Source: Squalus acanthias (lineage: Eukaryota). From it: DNA of 64,000 nucleotides. Positions 22,540-34,461 of the stretch are shown here, piece by piece. The translations under genes were made by a program, and so were the position numbers. The stretch covers positions 6,262,001-6,326,000 of the forward strand of contig CM059433.1 of assembly GCA_030390025.1 (NCBI GenBank). The letters run 5' to 3'. The notes under the pieces are model-generated. The model did no database searches, was not told where the DNA came from, and was given only the letters and a program-made list of their open reading frames with translations. Each line of letters begins with the position of its first letter. The stretch's first letter is position 1.

Positions 22540-24750
22540 AATTTCAGAAAATGCTGGAAACACTCAGCAGGCCAGGCAGCATCCGTGGAGAGAGAAACAG
22601 AGTTAACGTTTCAGGTCTGTGACCCTTCGTCAGAACTGGAAAAAGTTAGAGAAGTAACAGATTTCAAGCAGGTGCAGAGGCAGGGAAAGGGGGAGGGGAG
22701 GAAAGAACAAAAGGGACAGTCTGTGCTGGGGTGGAAGGCAGGAGTGGTTAAATGTTGCAAATGGGATGGCAGAATCATCAACAGCTGCCATGTGGAAAAA
22801 TAGGGGCAGAGGTTATGGTCTGAAATTGTTGAACTCAATGTTGAGTCCAGAAGGCTGTAAAATGTCTAATCGAAAGATGAGGTGCTGTTCCTTGAGCTTC
22901 GTTGGAACTGTGTAAGAGGCCGAGGACAGAGAGGTCAGAGTTGGAGTGGAGCGGAGAATTAAAGTGACAAGCGACTGGAAGCTCGGGGTCACCCTTACGG
23001 ACTGAATGGAGGTTGTTCCGCAAAGCGGTCACCCAATCTGCGTTTGGTCTCCCCAATGTAGAGGAGACCGCATTGTGAGCAGCGAATACAGTATATTAAA
23101 TTGCAAGAAGTACAAGTAAATCGCTGTTTCACCTGGAAGGAGTGTTTGGGGCCCTGGAAGGAGGAGGTAAAAGGGCAGGTGTTGCATCTCCTGCGCTTGC
23201 ACGGGAAGGTGCAGTGGGGAGGGGCTGTTGGGGGTGATTGAGGAGTGGACCAGGGTGTTGCGGAGGGAGCGGTCCCTTCGGAATGCTGAAAGGGGAGGGG
23301 AGGGGAAGATGGATTTGGTGGTGGGATCACGCTGGAGGTGGCGGAAATGGCAGAGGAATGATCCATTGAATGTGGAGGCTAGTGGGGTGAAAGGTGAGGA
23401 CAAGGGGAACCCTATCATGGTTCTGGGAGGGAGAAGGGGTGAGAGCAGAAGTGCGGGAAATAGAACGGACACGGTCAAGGGCCGTGTCAACCACGGTAGA
23501 GGGGAATCCTCGGTTGAGGAAAAAGGAAGACATGTTGGAAGCACTAGTATGGAAGGTGGCATCGTCAGAACAGATGCGGCGGAGACGGAGAAATTGGGAG
23601 AATGGAATAGAGTCCTTACAGGAAGTGGGGTGGGAGGCAATGTAGTCCAGGTAGCTGTGGGAGTCAGTGGATGTTTGTCGATAGCCTATCCCCAGAAATG
23701 GAGACAGAGAAGTTGAGGAAGGGAAGGGAAGAGTTGGAGATGGACCATGTGAAGGGTGGAAATTGGAAGCAAAGTGAATGAAATTTTCTAGTTCAGGGCG
23801 AGAGCAGGAAACGGCACCGATACAGTCATCAATGTACTGGAAAAAGAGGTGAGGGAGGGGACCCGAGTAGGACTGGAACAAAGAATGTTCCACATATCCC
23901 ATGAAAAGGCAGGCATAGCTAGGATCCATGCGAGATCCCATAACAACACCTTTAATTTGGAGGAAGTGAGTGGAGTCAAAGGAGAAGTTGTTCAATGTGA
24001 AAACAAGTTCAGCCAGGCGGAGGAGGGTGGTGGTGGATGGGGACTGGTTGGGCCTCTGTTCAAGGAAGAAGCGGAGCGCCCTCAGGCCGTCCTGGTGGGG
24101 GATGGAGGTGTAGAGGGATTGTACGTCCATAGTGAAAAGGAAACTGTTAAAGTGGCGGAGGGCATCGGAAGAGTCGCGGATGTAGGTGGGAAGAGACTGG
24201 ACAAGGGGAGAAAAAATTGTCGAGATAGGAAGAAATCAGTTCCATGGGACAAGAACAGGCTGAAATGATGGGTCGACCAGGGCAGCCCTGTTTGTGGATC
24301 TTGGGAAGGAGGTGGAAGGGGGACTATGAGGTTGACAGCCATGGAGGGAAGATCTCCAGAGGAGATGAGGTCAGTGACAGTCTTGGAAACGGTGGCTTGA
24401 TGTTTGGTAGTGGGGTCATGGTCCAGGGGGAGGTAGGAAGAGATGTCAGAGAGTTGGCGTTCAGCCTCCGCACAGTAGAGGTCGGTTCGCCAAACAACAT
24501 TAGCACCACCCTTGTCAGCAGGTTTAATGACAATGTTAGGGTTGGATCTGAGAGAATGGAGTGCTGCAAGTTCAAAGGGAGGTAGGTTGGAGTGAGTGAA
24601 GGGGGAGAGAAATTGAGACGGCCGATGTCACGCCGGCAGTTAGCAATGAAAAGATCTAGAGAGGGTAAGAGGCCAGAGGAAGGGGTCGAGGTAGAACGAG
24701 AATTCTGAAAACGGGAGAAAGGGTCAGCCTGTGCAGGGGGAAGACGCGAT
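22540..24750 (-). mobile_element. Penelope-like retroelement (RT + GIY-YIG), frameshifted
   Basis: MDVQSLYTSIPH, QIKGVVMGSRM, YIDDCIG RT motifs; CSQCGLLYIGETKRRLGDRFAE GIY-YIG motif; hammerhead-bearing 3' repeat. Confidence 0.9.
22601..22637 (-). ncRNA. Minimal hammerhead ribozyme motif in a Penelope-like 3' repeat
   Basis: AGTT-CTGACGA-AGGGTC ACA GACCT-GAAA-CG-TT-AACT on the minus strand. Confidence 0.65.
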
Positions 24751-25849
24751 TGAAATATCAGTTACATATAAATAGCTAAATATACAAAATACAGTAGAAA
24801 AACATTAATGGAGTAAAATAGAAACATGCGAAGGCAGGAAGACAGCAATAAGTGTTCAGGTACTGTTAGGGCATTTAGGAATTATATAATAATTCACAAT
24901 GAAAAATCAATGCATCTATTTAGATAATATTTAGCTTGGCACTGGATGTAGATGATGATCTTTGAAGTTTTGTCACATCTAGTTGAGATTTCCATGGTAC
25001 GCATTTAAACTACCTAAAAGTACAAATGAAACATGTATTTTAGATGAAATCTGTGAGCACAGACAATAGGTGGTGCTGTTGAAACAGTGTTTGTACTCCA
25101 TCGCTCCACAATTGAAATAAAAATTAATACTAAGTATTCATTTACATTCTCTTTTCTTTGAAAGAGAAATTTCCAGTTGCACGACAAAGTTAACATACAA
25201 TAAATAACAAAGTTACCAGACACATAGACATGAAGTTACAAAGTGAAATGATACAGAAGTGGACACTTTATCAAAGTCACATGGTTTGGGGCGTCTTGTT
25301 AAATGATTTTGTAGCGTTTGGAATTTGTCAGTGTGTTCATCTAGAGAAACAAAAGAATCCAGACAAGAGAATGTAAAGGTAAATAAAGACCAAGAATCCA
25401 GGGTCTCTCCCTCCACGGGATGAACGTCCTCAGTGGAGACACAGTTGCCGAGATAAATGCCAATGATGGTTAGTCAGTAGCTTTTAATTCTAACTAATAC
25501 AGCCAGCTGCTCATGCAGTAACTGTTCGATCTACTCATGACATCTGGCCAGCTTCATTACATCTGATGCCATCATTGATTTGACCCAAACCCCAACCTCG
25601 AGACGATTTTGCCTCTATGAACTCATTCATGTTTATACTAATAACGGTGTGACAATTCAGGAATATTTATAGTTAATATGTTTATGTTTTCATCAGTTCC
25701 AAGCCCCATAGAGCTGCCATCCCAGGCTGTGTCACTGTCAGTACAGTGGACTCACTCTTAGTCATTTGGAGCCATGCGACTGTCTGGGACAATATTCCAG
25801 TAATCTCTGAGCAAGACCCGGGAAGGAGGGAATTGACTGAAAGCCTTTG

Positions 25850-26950
25850 TAGTGGCTGCTAACTAGGGCAGTGATATCCAACTGGGGAGATGTACTAGGT
25901 GGAATACCCCAGGGATCATTGCTTGGACTCCAATATTCCCAATATACATAAACAACCTGGATTCAGAAATGCAATGGAAGTTGGTCAAATTTGCAGACGG
26001 CTACTAAACAGGGTGAGGAGCAGTCAAGTCTGATAGAGCAGCCAAGGAACTACAAGTGGACCTAGTTAGAATTTGCAAGTGGACAGAACTATGCCAGACG
26101 GAATATTTAATAATAGAGAAAGAGACCTGAGTGTGATAGTAGACTCGGCACCATGTATAGCCATTGCAAAGCACCAATCAATAACACAAGCAGAATGCTG
26201 AGCTACAATGGCCAATCAGTGTATGTATGTCTGAGGTCATTATACTCAATTGTATCTTTCTCTGGTCAGGTTGCATCTTTCAGGTGGACATAAAAGATCC
26301 CATGGCCCTATTTCGAACAAGAGCAGGGGAGTTATCCCCGGTGTCCTGGGGCCAATATTTATCCCTCAACCAACATAACAAAAACAGGTGACCTGGTCAT
26401 TATCACATTGCTGTTTGTGGGAGCTTGCTGTGCGCAAATTGGCTGGGCTGCTGCGATTCCCACATTACAACAGTGACTACGCTTCAAAAGTACTTCATTG
26501 GCTGTAAAGCGCTTTGAGATGTCCGGTGGTCGTGAAAGGCGCTATATGAATGCAAGTCTTTCTTTAAGTAGTATGTTCAGTCTGGTCACAGAGGCACAAG
26601 GGAGACATTCAAACACTGGAAACGGTGCAAAAAGTATCATGAAACTATTGTTGGAAGACTGAGTTATGAGGAAAGTAGAAAATCTCAAACTCTAGCCTTG
26701 AAAGGAGGCGAATCAGAGGTATATAAGGCACTAAGTGGATTAGAAAAGGTTAACTCGTTCAAGTTAAACTGGAAGAAAAAAAGGACTTCAGGAGAAGGGG
26801 ACATAGTAAAAGCCAATTCAGGAAGCACTTGGAATGATCTTTCAGGTAGGGTAGTGGAAACAAAATCTCTGGAATAATTCAAGAAATGGCTAGATGCAAG
26901 TGATGCTGGGGACCGTGGATTTCTATGGGAGGTTGAGGTAGAGGGGCTGA
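25850..26950 (+). mobile_element. Old CR1 fragment with nested partial DeuSINE (26281-26562)
   Basis: Decayed RT motifs (CCCCAGGGATCA, AAATTTGCAGAC) and a SINE body/tail. Confidence 0.6.
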
Positions 26951-28364
26951 ATGCCTCCATCGTTTATGTTTAACTTTGTGATAGAACTGAAGCTGAATCA
27001 GGAAAAGAGAAGGGAAAATGGGAAAATAGCAAAAAGAAAAAAAAACTGGTAAATCTGATTTGATGTAGTGAACTCTCACCTCAACACAGGGCAGCATCAG
27101 TTTAGAAATGTTGTGTTTCTTACCACTGCTGTAGGGAAATTAATAATACAACTATGCTCACCAGAATAAATATGATGTATGTGGTCTCTAGTGGCACATT
27201 GACTCCGTTGTTTACAAGTTCCTTTGCTGAATCGTTTGTTTTCTACCATGGTTAATTATGGATTGGGAAAGCTCGGCAAGTGCTTCGACACAGAGGGTTG
27301 GACACTGTAACATAAACTAGGACACATTGCACCTACAAAACCACATGTTGTTGTGGTTGTCGACCAGCGCCCAGATACCTAGGAGGCTGCCATGCTTTTT
27401 AGTGAAAGTATTCTACAGGCAATTTATGCCCAGCTCGTTTGATCTGGGCACCCTGGCCTTGTGCAAGCTTCCTGAGCATGTTAAAACAATTGGTTTTAAA
27501 ACCTTGGGAAAAGTACTCAACACTCAAAACATTTGTAGCCTTTTTTTGGTAGCAAGAACCAGTTTGCCACTTGACTGTGTTGCTCTTTAAGTGATCTCTA
27601 CATTTCAACTTGCTGACACAATTGGCTTCTCGAGCACAAGATCAACGGAATCCCTGGAGAAATAGGGTAAACAATTAAAAAACAACCATTTACACTGTTT
27701 CTCTGGGGGTTTCCAAAATGATGGCAGGCGATTGAGAGCACTCTTGGGGAAATTCAAGGCCAATAGTTCTTCAATTGTTTTTCTTCTCAAATCAACAAGT
27801 TAGTCATATTCAAGAAAATAGTACTTCACCAGTGGTTGCGATGATCAGTAAATTGCCACCACTTTCTTCACTCCTAGGCTGTGTTAATTTACATGACTCA
27901 CACTCTGACACAAGTACCAGTCCCAAAGGATGGTTTCATAACATAACCCAAGGCCTCTTGGCTGTTCATGGGGTTGACTAATATTAACTTACAGTATTAA
28001 AAACATATCCATATTCTTACCTTGAAAATGAATGCATTATTCAACAGTGAATAATATTTCAGGTATATGTGGAGAATGGAAAATCTCTGTTTGACACCAT
28101 CTCAACTAGGGTTTCTTTTATGAACACAAACCTTTAGCAATTTATTCTGTTTTTTCAAATATATTTCACCTAACAGTTTATACTTGACCACACTGTATAG
28201 AGTCTAGGGCCATATTTTGCTTTGTTTGCTGGTTTTACTGAAAAAGCAGACATGAGTACAGAGTTGTGGCATGTCAGCTGAAAGAACGAACAGACTATTG
28301 GCCCGTGTTTAGCACTGCTCTGAGGATTCCCACCACTCCAAACATGGATTAACAAAGATTGAAA

Positions 28365-28690
28365 GATGTCAGATTGGCTCAAAGGTAGCACTCTTGTCTC
28401 TGAGTCAGAAGCTCATGTGCTCATTTTCCTACTTAGGTAGATCCCATTGCATTATGGGAGTATGGGAGTTCTCCTGGTGTCTTAGCTAATGGTTATCCCT
28501 CAACCATCACACCAAAAGAGATTATCTAGTCATTTATCTAATTTGATGTTTGTGCGACCTTGCTGTGCTCATGTTGGCTGCTGTGTTTGCCCATGAAGCG
28601 ACAGTGACTACAGATCAAAAGTAACTCATTGGCTATGAAGCCTTTTGGGGCATGCTGAGAATGTGAAAGGCACTATATAAATGCAACTTC
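28365..28690 (+). mobile_element. Degenerate DeuSINE
   Basis: Diverged head TGGCTCAAAGGTAGCACTCTTG and tail GCACTATATAAATGCAA. Confidence 0.6.
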
Positions 28691-28849
28691 TATCTACCAT
28701 TTATTTATGTAGCGGAGGAGGATATTCAAGAAATTAAGTATTTAAGTCGAAGTCAGATCTTGTGCTAACAAGCTTAAAGAGAAACACTTGAAAGTATCAC
28801 ACTGACAAAAGTGAATAACATGGAGGAGTTTTCTACCTCAGAGTATGCG

Positions 28850-29145
28850 TGCAGCAATCATCAGTACCTCACGGAGCAGCAGCAGCAGAAGGAGAAGAAC
28901 AGCCTGGGACTGCGGATAGCCGAGGAGGCTCACAGCCCACCCTATCCCATGTAGTGGGTCTACCCCAACAGAGACAGCTACTTGGGCATGACTTCACAAG
29001 TAGGCGTGGGCTCAGCAGGGAGATTGTGGCTTGAGTTCTGGTCCAAGAAGACTTACAGAGTTCCTTGATCACCTGCACTACATTTACCAGTGGGAGTGAA
29101 AGTCACTATTATCCTCAATTTTTATGTCAAAGGGACTTTCCAGAA
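28850..29145 (+). mobile_element. Decayed Harbinger (HARBI1-like) transposase fragment
   Basis: Remnants LSREIVA and PVGVKVTIILNFYVKGTFQ, resembling the LPVxVKVTxALNFYASGSFQ pattern recalled for Harbinger nucleases. Confidence 0.5.
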
Positions 29146-29219
29146 TCAGGCAAGGTTTTGGGAGCCCAGGTAGGGCATATGCCTTAGCAAAGTTTAACTC
29201 TGTAAATTTTTAACGAATT

Positions 29220-29435
29220 TACATAGAATTACATAGAATTTTACAGCACAGAAACAGGCCATTCAGCCCAACAGGTCTCTGCTGGTGTTTATGCTCCACA
29301 TGAGCCTCCTCCCACCTTACTTTGTCTCAACCTATCAACATATCCTTCTATTCCTTTCTCCCTCATGTACTTATCTAGCTTCCCCTTAAATGCATCTCTG
29401 CCAATCGCCTCAATCACTCCTTGTGGTAGCGAGTG
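29220..29435 (-). mobile_element. CR1 3' end
   Basis: Reverse-complement CR1 3'UTR with short tandem tail. Confidence 0.7.
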
Positions 29436-29749
29436 GTTCCATTTTTAGACATTTTAATAATGTGAGGAATAATTGCTGGCATACGGTTAGGAAATGTGAA
29501 TATAAATAGCCTGAAACTACAAGTACAAATATTCGAACACTGCTAAAGGGGCTGACCTATTAGCAATGATCAACAGTCTATTTGGAATCAAGGACAGCTC
29601 AACTTGCATTTATTGTTGTACCCTTGGGTTCAGCAGTTTTGTTTTTAAAATCTGATAAAATTGATCCTAAAGTTCTTTGATAATAACTAAACCATCTGCA
29701 TGTTTATTTCTAATTGTCAATTTTACCATTACAAGCAAGCATTGATGAA

Positions 29750-30410
29750 ATTGCAGGGATATGGGGAAAGTGCGGGGCAGTGGGACTAACTGGATTGCTT
29801 TTCGAAAGAGCCGTCGCAGGCTCCATGGGCCGAATGGCCTCCTTCTGTGCTATTCTGTGTAGTTTTGATCTCCTTACCTAAGAAAGGATATATTTGCCAT
29901 AGAGGGAGTGCAGCGAAGGTTCACCAGACTGGTTCCTGGGATGGCAGGACTGTCGAATGAGGAGCGATTGGGTCGACTAGGCCTGTATTCACTAGAGTTT
30001 AGAAGAATGAGAGGGGACCTCATTGAAACGTTTAAAATTCTGACAGGGCTAGACATACTGGATGCAGGGAGGATGTTTCCCCTGGCTGGGGGGTCTAGAA
30101 CGAGGGGCCACTGTCTCAGGATACGGGGTAGGACATTTAGGACTGAGATGAGGAGAAATTTCTTCACTCAGAGGGTGGTGAACCTGTAGAATTCTCTACC
30201 ACAGAAGGCTGTGGAGGCCAAGTCACTGAATATATTTAAGAAGGAGATAGATAGATTTCTAGACGCAAAAGGCATCAAGGGGTGTGGGGAGAGAGCGGGA
30301 ATATGGTATTGAGATAGAGGATCAGCCATGATCATATTGAATGGCGGAGCAGGCTCGAAGGGCTGAATGGCCGACTCCTGCTCCTATTTTTCTATGTTTC
30401 TATGATTCTA
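29750..30410 (+). mobile_element. CR1 3' fragments (two adjacent pieces)
   Basis: QRRFTRLVPGM...RRNFFTQRVVNL and 3'UTR. Confidence 0.88.
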
Positions 30411-32743
30411 AATTCAAGTTGAATATGGAGGATGATTATATTTAAGGAAAATATAAATCCAGGATTCTTTAGAAAAAAAGAAAGCAACTAATTATGAAAT
30501 TTGCAGGTTCTATAAGCTACTTCTGCTGTAGCTGTACCGTGAGTATAAAAACCATACCATTCACTTCTCTCAGTGTTCTGTTGAAATTGTGAAATATTAC
30601 CCTTTCTTTTTACAACAAACTCACGGGCTGCTAGTAATGAAATATATTTGTATTGGTTTCCGTTGATCATCCTTTACAAGCAATGTTTTTGTTGGCACAG
30701 TTTAACACAGGAGCAAAAGTTAAAGGCTCTGAAATTACACCAAGGCATATCAGGGGAAGAAGGCTAATGCATTTTTTATTTTAGCAGAGGCACCAGCGTG
30801 GTTATTTTCAAAGGGTTAATGCCTCCATTAAAACAGCAGGTAGAGGATATTGGTCGAACGCATTAGCGTCTGTTTGTTAGTAACCCATGGCATCATTTCA
30901 GACCCTAGATTGTAAGGCCTTAACAAACAAAAAAACAAACATTTTAAACCCTTTCACCTTTCATTAATGTCCCCCCGAGTGCTGGGCCCTTAAATCAGAC
31001 AAATATCGACGGTAGTCCAGCAGCACTTTCTACCAACACTACACCACTTTGTGACTCACATTTTTTGTTGCTAAAATGATGAGCTCAGTCTCAGTCCACT
31101 CCTGATAATAGTCATGTTTTGTGCTAAAAAGTGAATCATCCAATAATTTGAATTAAGCGATGCAAATAACGCAGCAAATTGGGAATTGGGTGCTCTAAAC
31201 ATTGTGTATTTCCAAATAAATTGAATTAAGCAACTTAAATTAAGAGGAGAAGACCGTTTCTTCTTTACCCCAAGACACAAACTGGACTCAGTATGTAACA
31301 CCAAAGTGCAGGTTCAATGAAGTTTTCCTGATTGTGCTGCTGGTTTATATTTGTGTACAATGCTCACACACTCACCACGTACGTGGAAACATCAGACTGA
31401 ACATTCAGAAACATTTTTTGGTCATTGTGTTAAAAAACAAACCATACGGAACAGCCAGCAGGTGGCGCATGTAGATGTGGTAGACAGTACCGGGGCGATG
31501 AGTTCACATCTCCTTCATCGGAGCAGGCATCCGGCAAGAAAGCTACAGCATTAAGATTACAGCATGGACATGCTGTCAGGTCTTGAGTTGATTTTGAGCC
31601 TGATCAAAGCGCATTTGATATAAAGTTTGGATAAATAAATGTAACAGTAGGACTCGTGTTTCTAAGTTTATTTTCTAGCCAGTTTGAGTCTTGAAAAAAG
31701 CAACTTCATAGGTCTGAAATGAGGTCAAATGCAGCAGGCTTGTCAGGAAGTCTTTAGTTTCATAATACATTCATTGACAAAAGGAAAACCACAAATAGAA
31801 AAGAAACCCTGCAAGACACAGGAAACCCTTAGAATTGCCCACAGAGGCTGTGAATTAGAAATAATTCAATTTTAATAGCTTCAATTTCTCAGAATACTGA
31901 TTGGCTATATATATATCTCAGCAAGTACAAAGGAGCCTGTTTTTGCTTCATTGGTCTTGGTAATGCTATTTTAGTGCAGCTAATGTTCTTTACACAACAT
32001 GTGCCATTTGAGCAAGCTTACAGTCTTATCAATGGTTATATGACTTTATACCACTAATTTAAAAAAACAGAAAAAGTTGGTTTTGTAAATTAGGCAAGTT
32101 CTCATGGATAACCCTAGACGCACTTCTTTAAGAAAATGTTATGCAAATATAACCTTTTCACAGATTTGTGATTAAACAAATCTCTATAGGCAACTGCTTT
32201 ATCCCACTCAAAAATGTTTGCACGGATTGTGCAAGATTGATCGGTTTGAGCTTAAACTCTACGGCCTAGAAATTTCCCGGTGTAGCGCCGGCCACTAAGG
32301 CCGGTTTTATTGAAAAAATGGCGGACGCCTCGCTTCCGCCCGCGGGACACTGCGGCCACCATTTAGGTGAGGGCCATAGCGCGGCCGTTGACAGCGCAAG
32401 CCTCTCAAATGCAAATAAGCAGATCGTGAAGTCATTCAGCGTGCAACGCCTGGTTTGATGCCACGACTGCTATTTTGGACATTCTCGCACGCCATAACGC
32501 CCTGCCCTAAGCACGCACAGAGAAACGTGTGTGAGTCAGCCCTGCAGAGACGCTGTCAGCGCTTCTTAAAGGGACACACATATCTTTCAGGTAAGTTTTG
32601 ATTTCAGCTTTTAGACTTTTTAAAACATGTTTTATTGAAGTAGTGGCTTGGTGCAATGCATTTAAAAAGTTGTTAATGTGTGCAGGAAGTGCTGCTGGAT
32701 GCTTGCAAGGCTTCGGATGACAAAGGAAGGCCTCTGAGAAGAC

Positions 32744-32891
32744 AGAAAATGCTGGAAGTACTCAGCAGGTCAGGCAGCATCCGTGTAGAAAGAAACAGAG
32801 TTAACAGCTCAGGTCTAGATGCTGCCTGACCTGCTGAGTATTTCCAGCATTTTCTGCTTTTATTTCAGATTTCCAGCATCTGCAGTATTTT
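32744..32891. mobile_element. Short inverted Penelope-like insertion
   Basis: Head-to-head repeat fragments; flanked by GCCTCTGA(G/T)AAGAC 14-bp duplication. Confidence 0.7.
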
Positions 32892-32990
32892 GCCTCTGAT
32901 AAGACCACTTGCTCACCGTCCTGGGGGACACATGGAGATGAAGCAGAGGCAGCAAAGGGGACAAGCTGCTCGCAGAAGGAAGAGGAGGAA

Positions 32991-34461
32991 GCAGAAGAGG
33001 AAGAAGCAGAAGAGGAAGATGCAGAAGAGGAAGATGCAGAAGAGGAAGGTGCAGAAGAGGAAGATGCAGAAGAGGAAGGTGCAGAAGAGGAAGGTGCAGA
33101 AGAGGAAGAAGCAGAAGAGGAAGATGCAGAAGAGGAAGGTGCAGAAGAGGAAGATGCAGAAAAGGAAGGTGCAGAAGAGGAAGAAGCAGAAGAGGAAGAA
33201 GCAGAAGAGGAAGAAGCAAAGAGGAAGGTGCAGAAGAGGAAGAAGCAGAAGAGGAAGATGCAGAAGAGGAAGATGCAGAAGAGGAAGATGCAGAAGAGGA
33301 AGAAGCAGAAGAGGAAGAAGCAGAAGAGGAAGATAAGGAAGAGGAAGGTGCAGAAGAGGAAGATGCAGAAGAGGAAGATGCAGAAGAGGAAGATGCAGAA
33401 GAGGAAGATGCAGAAGAGGAAGAAGCAGAAGAGGAAGGTGCAGAAGAGGAGGATGCAGAAGAGGAAGGTGCAGAAGAGGAAGAAGCAGAAGAGGAAGATG
33501 CAGAAGAGGAAGATGCAGAAGAGGAAGGTGCAGAAGAGGAGGAAGCACAAGAGGAAGAAGCAGAAGAGGAAGATGCAGAAGAGGAGGATGCAGAAGAGGA
33601 AGATGCAGAAGAGGAGGATGCAGAAGAGGAAGATGCAGAAGAGGAAGATGCAGAAGAGGAAGATGCAGAAGAGGAAGGTGCAGAAGAGGAAGGTGCAGAA
33701 GAGGAAGATGCAGAAGAGGAAGGTGCAGAAGAGGAAGGTGCAGAAGAGGAGGATGCAGAAGAGGAAGGTGCAGAAGAGGAAGGTGCAGAAGAGGAAGATG
33801 CAGAAGAGGAAGATGCAGAAGAGGAAGATGCAGAAGAGGAAGATGCAGAAGAGGAAGGTGCAGAAGAGGAAGATGCAGAAGAGGAAGGTGCAGAAGAGGA
33901 AGGTGCAGAAGAGGAGGATGCAGAAGAGGAAGGTGCAGAAGAGGAAGGTGCAGAAGAGGAAGATGCAGAAGAGGAAGATGCAGAAGAGGAAGATGCAGAA
34001 GAGGAAGATGCAGAAGAGGAAGGTGCAGAAGAGGAAGGTGCAGAAGAGGAGGAAGCACAAGAGGAAGAAGCAGAAGAGGAAGATGCAGAAGAGGAAGGTG
34101 CAGAAGAGGAAGGTGCAGAAGAGGAAGATGCAGAAGAGGAAGGTGCAGAAGAGGAAGGTGCAGAAGAGGAAGGTGCAGAAGAGGAAGATGCAGAAGAGGA
34201 GGAAGCAGAAGAGGAAGGTGCAGAAGAGGAAGATGCAGAAGAGGAAGAAGCGGAAGGAAAGATGCAGAAGAGGAAGATGCAGAAGAGGAAGGTGCAGAAG
34301 AGGAAGAAGCAGAAGAGGAAGAAGCAGAAGAGGAAGATGCAGAAGAGGAAGAAGCAGAAGAGGAAGAAGCAGAAGAGGAAGAAGCAGAAGAGGAAGATGC
34401 AGAAGAGGAAGGTGCAGAAGAGGAAGAAGCAGAAGAGGAAGAAGCGGAAGGAAAGATGCAG
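32991..34461 (+). repeat. 15-bp minisatellite GCAGAAGAGGAAG(AT/GT/AA), about 98 units
   Basis: Directly visible tandem array; generates the spurious long ORFs in the track. Confidence 0.98.

Noticed and set aside
32991..34461. CRISPR-like array
   Set aside because: Contiguous tandem units with no unique spacers; vertebrate DNA with no cas genes
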